DNA of 62,286 nucleotides, filler included, from Actinomycetota bacterium (GCA_025963875.1; 5 parts of 5 records of this genome joined end to end with filler, not necessarily neighbours in it); one strand, 5' to 3'. Numbered from the whole stretch's first letter, positions 49,566 through 59,042 are shown. The notes: a model not told the origin generated them from the letters alone. Made by a program: numbers and translations.

Positions 49566-50303
49566 TCAGTCGAAGAAGAAGGCCTTGAAGCTCTCCGCTT
49601 GGCGGAGCCCCGTCCCCGACGCCTTCGCGATCATCTCCGCCATGCCGAGGACAAACTCCTCCAGGCCCTCCCATTCCCCCAACTGTGAGACGTGTGCCCG
49701 CAGAGCGGCGAGCTTGACGTCCATGAATCCCTCGGCGTCGACCGTGAAGTCGCCGTTGGTCGAAAGCGACAGGAGGACCGCCTTCACCTGGTGCGGCTCG
49801 AACCCCCTGTCGTAGAGCTCGGCCCGGTAGAGGGGCACCGTCGTGGCACCCGGGTTGACGGCGGCCAGGAACGCCTCGCCCACGCGCCGGTGGTCGGGGT
49901 GGTTCACGTACTGCTGGCCGAAGTAGAACATCGACGGGTCGGGTCCGACGACGACATCGGGCCGGTGGCGGCGGATCTCCCGGATCATGTCCCGGCGCAG
50001 CTCGTGGCTGTCCTCGACGTAGCCGTCCTCGTAGCCGAGGAAGACGACCTCCGAGACCCCGAGCAGCTTGGCGGCCGCCCGCTGCTCCGCCTGCCGGGTT
50101 GCGATGAGCTCCTCGCGGCCGACGGAGGGGTCGTTGGACCCCATGGCCCCGTTGGTCACGACGCAGAGAACCACCTCGGTCCCCTCGGAAGCCCACTTCG
50201 CCATCGTGGCGCCGCCGGACAGCTCGGCGTCGTCCGGATGGGGGGTGAAGATGAGGGCCTTGGCGAACCGGCGCTCGGCCGCAGCCTCCTGTTCGGCCGT
50301 CAT
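49566..50303 (-). CDS. PIG-L/LmbE family deacetylase
   Basis: PHPDDAE, VTNGAMG, R..EQRAAA, LGYEDG, HPDH and AHVSQ. Confidence 0.92.
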   Translation of the reverse strand: MTAEQEAAAERRFAKALIFTPHPDDAELSGGATMAKWASEGTEVVLCVVTNGAMGSNDPSVGREELIATRQAEQRAAAKLLGVSEVVFLGYEDGYVEDSHELRRDMIREIRRHRPDVVVGPDPSMFYFGQQYVNHPDHRRVGEAFLAAVNPGATTVPLYRAELYDRGFEPHQVKAVLLSLSTNGDFTVDAEGFMDVKLAALRAHVSQLGEWEGLEEFVLGMAEMIAKASGTGLRQAESFKAFFFD

Positions 50304-51103
50304 GGCGCCGCGAACAGGCCGACGAACTGCAGGGCCAGCCAGGGTTTCGTCCCCCAGGTCATCAGCTTGCCGGTGGCGATCGGTCCCCACTGTTTCTTGA
50401 GGCCCATGGCGACCAGGTAGAGGGCGACGGGGTCTGCCGAGATGTGGCAGTCCACCCGACGGGGGGGCTCGGCGTCGATGGTCATCCTGCCCTTGTCGAA
50501 GGTCACCGCCAGCTTGGGGCCACCCCGGAGGCGCAGCAGGAACGAGGCGGTCAGGTCCTTGGTCTTCTCCTTGAGCACGAAGTTCTCCATGCCAACGGTG
50601 AGGAAGGGCATGACCAGGTTCACGTACTCCTTGGTGACGGGGAGCGGCTTGTGCAACGCCCGGGCAATCGCGCAGCCATGCTGCATCGTGTGGGACAGGG
50701 CGTAGGTCACCAGGGTGTCCATGTCCATCTGCCCGGCTGGCGTCATCACCATCTGGCTGGGCGGCCGGGTCGGCACCACGTCGAGGAACGCCCGGGTGCT
50801 GCTCACGAGCGCATCGGCGAGCAGGTCGGCCCTCCGCTCCGGGTCTCTCGCGAGCAACTCGGCGTTGGCGGCAGCCACGCTTTCTCTCGTCCGGTCACCG
50901 TGCGGCCGGGTGGCGCCGCCGGCCAGGTCGACAAAGAGCTGCCCGGCCATGGCGAGGTGGTTGGCCGTCTCCCCCACCGTCCAGTCGGACTCCGGAACGG
51001 GGACTGCCGTGTCCGCCAGCGGCCGCAGCATGCCGGCGACCGACTCGACGACCTCGAGCAACGCTTCGCGCGCCCCGGCGCGGTCCACCACAAGAACTCC
51101 CAT
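50300..51103 (-). CDS. MDMPI/DinB-like (mycothiol-dependent maleylpyruvate isomerase family) protein with SCP2 domain
   Basis: WTVGETANHL, HGCAIARA and C-terminal RRVDCHISADPVA...GTKPWLAL. Confidence 0.8.
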   Translation of the reverse strand: MGVLVVDRAGAREALLEVVESVAGMLRPLADTAVPVPESDWTVGETANHLAMAGQLFVDLAGGATRPHGDRTRESVAAANAELLARDPERRADLLADALVSSTRAFLDVVPTRPPSQMVMTPAGQMDMDTLVTYALSHTMQHGCAIARALHKPLPVTKEYVNLVMPFLTVGMENFVLKEKTKDLTASFLLRLRGGPKLAVTFDKGRMTIDAEPPRRVDCHISADPVALYLVAMGLKKQWGPIATGKLMTWGTKPWLALQFVGLFAAP

Positions 51104-51669
51104 CACGCTCCCTCTCTCTCCTGTTCCTGTTCCAGCGCCTTCAGGACGTCCGACGCCCAGAGGATCGTTGCCCGTTCGTGGGCGATCCCCCGCTGCAGCA
51201 CGAAGTTGGGATAGAAGAACTCGGGGCGGCCGGCGATCTCGCGCTCGTCGCCCTGGAACGCCGCCAGCGACGCTTCGGCCTGCAGCAACGCCGTCTTCAC
51301 CTGGGCGGCAAGCGTCTCGCGATCCATCTGGGCGCCGAGGAAGACCTTGAGGCACAGCGGACTGCGGAACACCTCTGGACCCGCCTCCGAGCCGTCCAGC
51401 CACCGGCGCAGGGCCTGGCGCCCGTCCGGCGTCACTGCGTAGAGCCGCTTGTCGGGACGGGAGTCCTGGGCGACCTCGCGCTCCGTGGCGAAGCCCCTCC
51501 CCACCAGGCGCCGCAGCTCGGCGTAGATCTGGCTCTTTGCCGGCCTGAAGAAGAAGTGGGCGATGCTGCCTTCGATGAGCTTGCCGAGGTCATAGCCGGA
51601 CATCTCCCCCCACGTCAGGAGTCCCAGGATGGCATACGCCGTCGACGGCAGATCCTTCTGGTGGGCCAC
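51103..51669 (-). CDS. PadR family regulator
   Basis: AILGLL...SGYDL, SQIYAELRRL and PDKRLYAVTPDGRQALRRWL. Confidence 0.93.
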   Translation of the reverse strand: MAHQKDLPSTAYAILGLLTWGEMSGYDLGKLIEGSIAHFFFRPAKSQIYAELRRLVGRGFATEREVAQDSRPDKRLYAVTPDGRQALRRWLDGSEAGPEVFRSPLCLKVFLGAQMDRETLAAQVKTALLQAEASLAAFQGDEREIAGRPEFFYPNFVLQRGIAHERATILWASDVLKALEQEQEREGA

Positions 51670-51685
51670 CTGGTTCTCTTTCGAC

Positions 51686-51702
51686 TAGTTCTAAACAAAC
51701 TA
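51686..51702. promoter_or_regulatory. possible PadR operator
   Basis: AT-rich inverted repeat TAGTT-N7-AACTA just upstream of padR. Confidence 0.4.
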
Positions 51703-51746
51703 TAGGCCACCCAGGTTCCCAGAGCAAGTCCTATGTGGACAGTGGG

Positions 51747-52547
51747 TCAGGAGAGGATGTCCTTGCGTTGGAACCAGAACCAGGCGACCACGCAGAAGAC
51801 CGCGACGTAGGGCAGCTGCGCGAGCACCCCCCGGAGCATGTCGCCGGACTGCGGGGGGCGGGCAAGGATCTGCGTCCAGGCCCCCCAGTAATGGGTGGGC
51901 AGCCACTTGGCGACGTTGCCGAGCGACGGGATGGCATCGAGGATCTGCGACACGATCGCGGCCCCCACGGCAACCGACACCGGACCCGCCGGCGACGACG
52001 TCATCGTCGAGAGCATGAAGGCAAGCGCCGCGATCGCGCTGAGGCTGACCGCCTCGTACGCGGTCCCGATCGCCAGCTTGGTCAGGGCCGGCCCGGTGCC
52101 GAGCGAGCCGAAGGGGATCTGGAGGCGCCCCCACCCGAACGCGATGGTCCCCGCCGCCATCCCGGCGAGGGGCACGAGCAGGATGGCCACGGCGCCGAGC
52201 AGCATCGCCACGACGAGCTTGTCCCGGAGCAGGCGGGGCCGGGGCACGGGCCGGACGAGCAGGTAGCGCAGGGTGCCCCAGTTCGCCTCCCCTGCCACGG
52301 GCTCCCCCGCGAAGAGCGCAACGACCACGACGAGGAAGAACCTGCCCATGGCCTCCAGCGACGCTGCCGCGAAGTTGAGGCCCGACTGGGTGGCCAGGGC
52401 GAAGATGTCCTGCGGTGCGCCCCGTTCCCCCGCCTGGCCGCGGCCCAGCCAGAAGACCAGGGCGAGGAGGGCGGGCAGGCCGACCATGGCGCCGAGTCCC
52501 AGCTTGGTACGGAGCCGGCGGACCTGCTTGATCAGCTCGACGATCAC
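51747..52547 (-). CDS. ABC-2 type permease
   Basis: AGEANWGTLRYLLVRPVPR; about 6 TM; F.RKDILS C-terminus. Confidence 0.9.
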   Translation of the reverse strand: MIVELIKQVRRLRTKLGLGAMVGLPALLALVFWLGRGQAGERGAPQDIFALATQSGLNFAAASLEAMGRFFLVVVVALFAGEPVAGEANWGTLRYLLVRPVPRPRLLRDKLVVAMLLGAVAILLVPLAGMAAGTIAFGWGRLQIPFGSLGTGPALTKLAIGTAYEAVSLSAIAALAFMLSTMTSSPAGPVSVAVGAAIVSQILDAIPSLGNVAKWLPTHYWGAWTQILARPPQSGDMLRGVLAQLPYVAVFCVVAWFWFQRKDILS

Positions 52548-55369
52548 GCTACCTTCCCCCCGTCGGCGTTCCCGGCCGGACGGCCGGAAGCCTCGCGCTC
52601 GTCCTCGATCAGGCCGAGGAAGACGTCCTCGAGGTGCCGGCGCGGGGTCATGGCCTGCAGGCCCACGCCCGCTGCGACGAGCGCTGCCGCCACGGCGGCG
52701 GGCCCGGATCCGTCGAGGTCCACCACGAGGCCCGTACCTTCGCTCTTCACCCCTCCGGGACCGGCGAGGGAGCGGAGCACCCGGGCGCCCTCCTCCGTGT
52801 CGTCCACCTCGACGTAGACGGTCGGCGAGGCCCCCACCAGGTCGGCCACCGTGCCGCTCGCCACCAGGCGGCCGCGGTCCATGATGGCGGCGTGGGTGCA
52901 GACCTGCTCCACCTCCCCGAGGAGGTGACTGGAGAGCAGCACCGTGATGCCCCGCCCGGCGAGGGTGCGGATGAGCTGGCGCATCTCGTACATCTGCTGC
53001 GGGTCGAGGCCGTTGGTCGGCTCGTCGAGGATGAGCAGCTCCGGCTGCCCGAGGAGGGCCTGGGCGATGCCGAGGCGCTGGCGCATCCCGTGCGAGTAGG
53101 TCCTCACCGGGCGGTTGACGGCGTCACCGAGCTCGGCCACGGCGAGGGCCGCCTCCATGTGCGCCTCGGACAGGGGCCGGCCTCCGGCCCGCCAGAAGAG
53201 CCGGAGGTTGTCGATGCCGGAGAGGTGGGGCACGAACCTGGGGCCCTCCACCAGGGTGCCGACCCGGGAGAGCACCGGGTGGCCGGGGCGCATGGTCTCG
53301 CCGAAGATCGCCGTTCCGCCGGCGGTCGGGTAGACGAGCCCGAGGAGCATGCGGATCGTCGTGGTCTTGCCCGCGCCGTTGGGTCCGAGAAGACCGAACA
53401 CCTGCCCCCTCCCGATGGAGAGGGACAGGTTGTCGACGGCGAGGAAGCCGCCCCGGAACCGCTTGGTCAAGCCCGAGATCGTGACCGCTGCGGTGGCGCC
53501 GGCGGATTCCACTGCCGCTCCCGGCGCCACGGCCGACCGCCGGCGGGTGAGCACCAGGACCGCGGCGGCGGCCAGCGCGACGGCGGCGACGATGGCGTAG
53601 GCGGTCACGTGCCCCCCGCCCGCCGGGACGGCCGCCGTGGGGAGGCTGAGCCCGAGCGACGCTGCCGGGTCGACCGTGATGCCGTAGACGGCGGCGGTGC
53701 GCTGATTGGCGTAGGCGGAATCGGTAGCGGCCAGGATGAGGCGGATGCGGTCGCCGGCTTTGAACAGGTGGGCAAGCGCGGGCATGGTCACTTCCACGTC
53801 CTTCGGGACCCCCGGCGTGAGACCGGTCAGCCGGATGGCCCCGACGAGGCCCCCCGGCAGGGTGACGGTGGCATCCGTTGCGACGTCCTCCACCTTGACG
53901 AAGGCCACCAGCTCGGAGGTGCTCGACGCCACGCGGAGACGGAGGTGCGGCGACCCGACCACCTCAACAGCCCCCGGCAGCGGCGCAGTCTCGAAGGAGG
54001 CGTTCTGGCCCGGGATGTCGAGCGGCGGCAGGCCGGAGAAGAAGCCGCCGGTGGGGTCCTGGCTGAGCGCGGCGGGCTGGCCGCCGGCGGGGTTCAGGAA
54101 GGGGACGATCCCGGGCCGGGCGGACCGGGCCTGATCGGTGAGGCGCCGGTCGGACGACAGGAAGAGCGTCCTCGAAGTGCCGCCTGCCGGGGTGGCCCCG
54201 GCGAAGTAGCGCTTGGTGGCGGCGTCGTACCACTCGAACGCCGGCCCGGTGTTCACCGAGGCATCCGCTTTCAGCCAGCGGTCGAACCAGGCGCCGGCGA
54301 GGGACTGGATGCGCTGGGCGGTGGACCCTGCGTTCAGCCCGGGCAGGGCGCTGTGCCCGCCGGGGATCCACACGGTCTTGACCGGCACCCCGTTGGCTGC
54401 GATGGCCGCCTGGCTGGCCGCAGCCTCGCTCAGGTCGAAGAGGGTGTCGGACTCCCCCTGTACGAGCAGCGTGGGGGCCTTGATGCGCGATATCACGCCG
54501 GCGGGGCTGGAGGCGGCCATGAGCGCCAGGGCCTCCGGCGGGGCCTGCCCCGCCTCGGCCGTGGCGACGTAGGCGTTGCAGACGGCGTCGACGAAGGCCG
54601 GACATGGGCTGGGCGGCATGGCGGCGCCGTTCCCCAGGGAGGCGGCGGGGCTTGAAGAGGCGTTCAGGGACGGGAGCCCACCGAGGAAGACGCTGGCCCA
54701 CCCCTGCTTGAAGACCCCGGGTTGCGGGGCGGAGGGAGAGATGTCGTTCGGCCCAGACGTGGCCCCAGGGAGCGGGGCGGCCGCCGCGTTGGCCACGTCG
54801 TTAGGAAGGAAGCTGCGCACGAGCGAGTTCCACGTGACGATCGGCACGATCGCCCGGATGCGCGGATCGTAGGCCGCCGCCATCAGGGCCATCCCCCCAC
54901 CGTAGGACTCGCCGAACATGCCGACGAGGGGGCCGGCAGCGTCCCGCCGGACGTCGGGCCGGGCGCCGAGCCAGTCCACGAGCTGGTGGACGTCCTTGAC
55001 CTCGTAGTCGGGCGAGTCCAGACCGATCTTGCCGGTCGAGTTGCCGAACCCGCGGGCGGAGTAGAGCAGGACGGCGTACCCCCGGCGGGCCAGGAGGGCG
55101 GCGTCGGCCGCGAGGGCATGCTTGTCCTGGCCGAAGCCGTGGGCTCCGATGATGGCGGGGGCCGGGTGCCCGGCATCGACACCCGACGGGAGGTAGAGAG
55201 TGGAGTCGATGGCAACGTGCTGGTCGCCGGCGGGACCGTCGACGACGTCGATGACGTGGTCCTCGGTGCGGTAGCCCCCCGAGGCGGCGACGGCGGGTGG
55301 CACCGCCATGGCCCAGACCATCGCCAGCGCGCCGAGGAGCGCCGCCCAGCGACGGATGGAGTTGCTCAT
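52544..55369 (-). CDS. fused CocE/NonD alpha/beta hydrolase + ABC ATP-binding protein
   Basis: Signal peptide, HGFG, GESYGG nucleophile, TM, then GPNGAGKTT, YSHGMRQR, ILDEPTNGLDP and SSHLL. Confidence 0.9.
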   Translation of the reverse strand: MSNSIRRWAALLGALAMVWAMAVPPAVAASGGYRTEDHVIDVVDGPAGDQHVAIDSTLYLPSGVDAGHPAPAIIGAHGFGQDKHALAADAALLARRGYAVLLYSARGFGNSTGKIGLDSPDYEVKDVHQLVDWLGARPDVRRDAAGPLVGMFGESYGGGMALMAAAYDPRIRAIVPIVTWNSLVRSFLPNDVANAAAAPLPGATSGPNDISPSAPQPGVFKQGWASVFLGGLPSLNASSSPAASLGNGAAMPPSPCPAFVDAVCNAYVATAEAGQAPPEALALMAASSPAGVISRIKAPTLLVQGESDTLFDLSEAAASQAAIAANGVPVKTVWIPGGHSALPGLNAGSTAQRIQSLAGAWFDRWLKADASVNTGPAFEWYDAATKRYFAGATPAGGTSRTLFLSSDRRLTDQARSARPGIVPFLNPAGGQPAALSQDPTGGFFSGLPPLDIPGQNASFETAPLPGAVEVVGSPHLRLRVASSTSELVAFVKVEDVATDATVTLPGGLVGAIRLTGLTPGVPKDVEVTMPALAHLFKAGDRIRLILAATDSAYANQRTAAVYGITVDPAASLGLSLPTAAVPAGGGHVTAYAIVAAVALAAAAVLVLTRRRSAVAPGAAVESAGATAAVTISGLTKRFRGGFLAVDNLSLSIGRGQVFGLLGPNGAGKTTTIRMLLGLVYPTAGGTAIFGETMRPGHPVLSRVGTLVEGPRFVPHLSGIDNLRLFWRAGGRPLSEAHMEAALAVAELGDAVNRPVRTYSHGMRQRLGIAQALLGQPELLILDEPTNGLDPQQMYEMRQLIRTLAGRGITVLLSSHLLGEVEQVCTHAAIMDRGRLVASGTVADLVGASPTVYVEVDDTEEGARVLRSLAGPGGVKSEGTGLVVDLDGSGPAAVAAALVAAGVGLQAMTPRRHLEDVFLGLIEDEREASGRPAGNADGGKVA

Positions 55370-55459
55370 GCGGGCCAGTACATCACCAGTTTGCCAGCAC
55401 CGCCGACGGGGTGAATGTGACGTAACCGTTCGTCGGCACCCGGGGTCTAGACTCCCCTC

Positions 55460-55792
55460 ATGAGCGCAGATTGGCCCGACGGCAGGAGGAGCGTCCCCCC
55501 TCCCGCCGGCATCCCGGCCCCCGGCAGCACGGCGGGTCCCCCGGCCTCCCCGCACTCCAAGCGGGGCGCCAAGGCGATCGTGGCGGCGCTGGTGCTCGTG
55601 CTGCTGATCGTCTTTGTGATCCGGAACTCCCAGCGCGTGAGCGTCGATTTCATCGTCACCCAGGGCCATTTCCGCCTCATCTGGGTGATCGTGATCTGCA
55701 GCATCCTGGGCGGCGTCGTCGGGTACCTCCTCGGACGGCCACCAAAGAGAACGCGGCATCAACGCTCGGATGGAGACCTGCCCAGGGAATAG
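55460..55792 (+). CDS. LapA/DUF1049 family membrane protein
   Basis: LLIVFVIRNSQRVSVDF plus a second TM; -10 TAGACT just upstream of ATG. Confidence 0.8.
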   Translation: MSADWPDGRRSVPPPAGIPAPGSTAGPPASPHSKRGAKAIVAALVLVLLIVFVIRNSQRVSVDFIVTQGHFRLIWVIVICSILGGVVGYLLGRPPKRTRHQRSDGDLPRE

Positions 55793-56628
55793 CGCACGAA
55801 CAGGTGGGACCCGTGCCGGCGGAGGCTCAGCAGCTCCGCCCCGGCCCGGGGTTCTTCGGCCGGGCCCAAGTGGCCCGTGATCCCGATGGCCGGCGGCGCG
55901 TCGCCGAACAGGACCGGCGAGGTCGTGAGGAACAGCTCGTCCACCAGGCCGGCGGCCAGGAGCTCGCCGAAGAGCTGCGGGCCGCCCTCGGTCAACACCC
56001 GGTCGTGACCCCGTTCCCGCAGGGCGCCCACGATCTCGGCGGCCGGGATGGTTTCGCCGTTACCTGATCCGGCGCCTTGAGGGGCGCCTCGGGTCCCTGA
56101 TCCGGCGCCTTGAGGGGCGCCTCGGGCTGAACGCACCACCAGCTCGGCGGTGGCCGGCAGCGACCCCGCCAGGGCCTTGGCGCCTGCCGGCGTCGTGATG
56201 ACGAGGGAGCCCGGGGTCAGCGCCGTCAAGCTCGGGAGGCGCCCCGATGCGGTGACGACCGCCAGCGGGGGCTCGGCCGGAAGGCCGAGGGAGGCCCGCA
56301 GGCCCGAGAACTCGGCAGCCGCCTGCGGGTAGATCTTCTCGGCAGTCCAGCGGTGCCCCGGATCCGGCCGGAGCGTTCCGGCCCCGATCAGCACCGCCCC
56401 CGCCCAGGCACGGAGGAGACCCATCACGAAGCGGTCGGCCTCGCTCCGCAGCGAGATCGTCCCCGGGGTGATCCCGGCTCCCGCGACCACGCCGTCAAGG
56501 GAGGTCACGAAATTGGCGTACAGGCAGGTGGCGGGGAATCCCAGGCACCCGTCGTAGAGGTCGGCCAGCCGCCGGGGGAGGTCGAAGTGCGGGAGGCCGG
56601 GGGCCTCGTAGAGCCGCTCCAGGGTCAG
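55759..56628 (-). CDS. RibD C-terminal / pyrimidine reductase family protein
   Basis: ANFVTSLDG, DRFVMGLLRA, LIGAGT, VVTASG, LTEGGP and VDELFLT; start uncertain (CTG 56628 or GTG 56712). Confidence 0.85.
   Translation of the reverse strand: MTLERLYEAPGLPHFDLPRRLADLYDGCLGFPATCLYANFVTSLDGVVAGAGITPGTISLRSEADRFVMGLLRAWAGAVLIGAGTLRPDPGHRWTAEKIYPQAAAEFSGLRASLGLPAEPPLAVVTASGRLPSLTALTPGSLVITTPAGAKALAGSLPATAELVVRSARGAPQGAGSGTRGAPQGAGSGNGETIPAAEIVGALRERGHDRVLTEGGPQLFGELLAAGLVDELFLTTSPVLFGDAPPAIGITGHLGPAEEPRAGAELLSLRRHGSHLFVRYSLGRSPSER
56063..56126. repeat. in-frame 33-bp tandem duplication
   Basis: CCTGATCCGGCGCCTTGAGGGGCGCCTCGGG x2, encoding RGAPQGAGSG twice. Confidence 0.9.
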
Positions 56629-57401
56629 CGCCGGCTGAAGCGCAGGGTCTGGAGGAACTCCTCCCGCATCGCCGGCTCGTGCTCGTAGCTGCCCCGCCAG
56701 AACGATGTCCACGTCTTCGACGACTCCTCCTTGACGCCCCGCATCTGGGTGCAGAGGTGGGTCGCCGAGAGGTGGACGGCGACGCCGTGCGGCTCCAGCA
56801 CCTTGACGAGGGTGTCGGCGATCTCGACCCCCAGGCGCTCCTGCACCGTGAAGCGGCGGGCGAACACTCGCACCAGCCGCGTCAGCTTGGAGATGCCGAT
56901 GATGCTCTCGTGGGGGACGTAGCCGACATGGGCGACGCCGAAGAACGGGAGCGAGTGGTGCTCGCACAGGGCGAAGAAGTTGATGGGCCCCTCGATGACC
57001 TGGCTCAGGCGGCAGTCCGGGCCGCCGCGGCACTCGGTCGGGAAGGCGGTCAGAAGGTTCGGGTCCCCCTCGTAGCCCGATGTCGACTCGTACAGGGCAC
57101 GGAGGAAGCGTTCCGGCGTGCGGTGGGTGCCGGGCGTGTTGAGGTCCATACCGAGGGCCGTGAAGATCTCGGCCACGTAGCCCTCGTAGCGTTTCCAGTC
57201 CTCCGGGGCGATCTCCCGGGGCAGCAGCCGGTCCCACGTGAAGTCGGCCTCGGCCTCTTCCAGGAACGCGGACGCAGCGGACAGGGAGTTCCCGCGGCCT
57301 CTGGCGGCGTCGGCGTCCCCGTCGAGGGCAACCTCGACCGATGGCGATGCCTGCTGGTCCTCTGACATCGGCAAGCCCTCCAGTGGCTGCGGGACGCTCA
57401 T
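56625..57401 (-). CDS. folE: GTP cyclohydrolase I
   Basis: TPERF, LCEHHSLPFFG, GISKLTRLV, VQERL and HLCTQMRGV. Confidence 0.95.
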   Translation of the reverse strand: MSVPQPLEGLPMSEDQQASPSVEVALDGDADAARGRGNSLSAASAFLEEAEADFTWDRLLPREIAPEDWKRYEGYVAEIFTALGMDLNTPGTHRTPERFLRALYESTSGYEGDPNLLTAFPTECRGGPDCRLSQVIEGPINFFALCEHHSLPFFGVAHVGYVPHESIIGISKLTRLVRVFARRFTVQERLGVEIADTLVKVLEPHGVAVHLSATHLCTQMRGVKEESSKTWTSFWRGSYEHEPAMREEFLQTLRFSRR

Positions 57402-57495
57402 CCTTCACAGGGTAGCTCGGGGCCCAACCAAGACCCATCAGGCCAAGTTGAGAACGGGCCCCCGCGAAGAGCGGAGGCACATTATCCTTGCGGCG

Positions 57496-58962
57496 ATGTC
57501 ACCGCACCGCGTCGGCCGCTTCGCCGGAGTCCTGCTGGTCTGGATGGTGGCCTGCACCGCCGCTCCCGTGTCCCAGCACGCCTCCCCGAGCGCGTCGCCG
57601 TCCAGCCCGGCGGTCTCCCAGGCCGCAGTGCCGGCCTCGAGCGCCTCGCCGTCGCCGCCGGCGACCCCCGGCAAGCCGGCCTCGCCCACCCCGAAGCCGG
57701 CCGCCTCTGCGTCCACTCCCGGACCGGCGTCGGCCCGCACGGTCAGCGCCATCCAGCCGAAGAACGCCCCGACCGGGATCACCGGGCAGTCCAACGGGCA
57801 GGTGGACCAGAGCCTGCTGGTCTACATCGACCCCAAGTGCATGGCGTACCGGCCGGACGCCGCCAGCCTCGCCCGCCTCTTCACCATCGCGCGGGCAGAA
57901 GGGGTCTCCCTCGCTGCCAACGAGTGCTACCGGCCCATCACGCTGCAGGCGATCGCCCGCACCAACAACTGCGCAGCCGGCAACTGCGCCTGCGCCGGGC
58001 CGCCCGGGCACTCGATGCACGGCTGGGGCGAGGCCGTCGACCTACGCGACGACAACGGCTCGGTCAACACCTTCACGTCTCCAACCTACAAGTGGCTGAC
58101 GCAGTCGGCGGCCCGGTTCGGCTGGAACCATCCGGGGTGGGCCGTGCCGGGGGGAAGTCCCTGCCCCGAGCCGTGGCACTGGGAGTGGGTGGGCGACGGC
58201 GGCATCATGGGCGCCTCCCCCGTCCGGGCCGACGTCGTCTCGCTCGTCTCCACCCGAAGCGGGCGGGGCTACCGGATCGTCACCGGCCTGGAGGCCGTGG
58301 CGCCCCACGGCGACGCGGGGGCCGGCATGGGGGCCAACGCGGGCCTCAGCCGGCTGATCGTTGCCGGGGTCGCCGATCCGTCCGGTGACGGGTACTGGCT
58401 GGCCGCCGCGGACGGAACCGTCGACGCCCTCGACGGGGCGCCCTCCCTCGGGTCGATCCCGTCCTCCGGGGCCGTCGGGTCCGGCCCGACCATCGCGGCG
58501 ATGGCCGCCACCCCCAGCGGCAAGGGCTACTGGCTGGTCTCGACCGACGGCAAGGTCTTCGCCTTCGGCGATGCCCCCTCGCTCACCCCACCCGCGGGAA
58601 CGACCGGCTACTTCATGGGAGCCGCCGCGTCGAGCTCGGGCAAGGGCCTGTGGCTGGCTGCCTCGAACGGGACGGTCGTGGGCCTGGGCGACGCAAAGGG
58701 GTGCGGGCCGGCGACCACGACCCCGACGGACCCGATCGTCGCCATCGCCTCCACGCCGGGCGGCAACGGCTGCTGGCTGTCGTCGGCCAACGGCCAGGTG
58801 ACGGCCTTCGGCGACGCCGCGGCGCTGGGCAGCATCCCGTCGGCGCCTGCGGAGCCCGTGGTGTCGATGTCATCGACCCGCTCCGGGAACGGGTACTGGC
58901 TGGTCACCGCCGGGGGCGCGGTGTACGCCTTCGGCGACGCCGGCTACTTCGGCAACGGCTAG
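57496..58962 (+). CDS. M15B D,D-carboxypeptidase lipoprotein with C-terminal GYWL...FGDA repeats
   Basis: Lipobox MVAC; CYRP, GHSMHGWGEAVD and EPWHWE; about 6 G-Y-W-L-x-x-x-x-G-x-V-x-A-F-G-D-A repeats. Confidence 0.85.
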   Translation: MSPHRVGRFAGVLLVWMVACTAAPVSQHASPSASPSSPAVSQAAVPASSASPSPPATPGKPASPTPKPAASASTPGPASARTVSAIQPKNAPTGITGQSNGQVDQSLLVYIDPKCMAYRPDAASLARLFTIARAEGVSLAANECYRPITLQAIARTNNCAAGNCACAGPPGHSMHGWGEAVDLRDDNGSVNTFTSPTYKWLTQSAARFGWNHPGWAVPGGSPCPEPWHWEWVGDGGIMGASPVRADVVSLVSTRSGRGYRIVTGLEAVAPHGDAGAGMGANAGLSRLIVAGVADPSGDGYWLAAADGTVDALDGAPSLGSIPSSGAVGSGPTIAAMAATPSGKGYWLVSTDGKVFAFGDAPSLTPPAGTTGYFMGAAASSSGKGLWLAASNGTVVGLGDAKGCGPATTTPTDPIVAIASTPGGNGCWLSSANGQVTAFGDAAALGSIPSAPAEPVVSMSSTRSGNGYWLVTAGGAVYAFGDAGYFGNG

Positions 58963-58968
58963 CGCCGC

Positions 58969-59020
58969 CGGAGGCTGGGAGGCCATCGCGCGTATTCGCG
59001 CGATTCCGTCCCAACCTCCG
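58969..59020. repeat. REP-like palindrome followed by CTCCGTCAG x3
   Basis: CGGAGGCTGGGA-GGCC-ATCGCGCG-TATT-CGCGCGAT-TCCG-TCCCAACCTCCG between convergent genes. Confidence 0.75.
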
Positions 59021-59042
59021 TCAGACCTCCGTCAGCCCTCCG

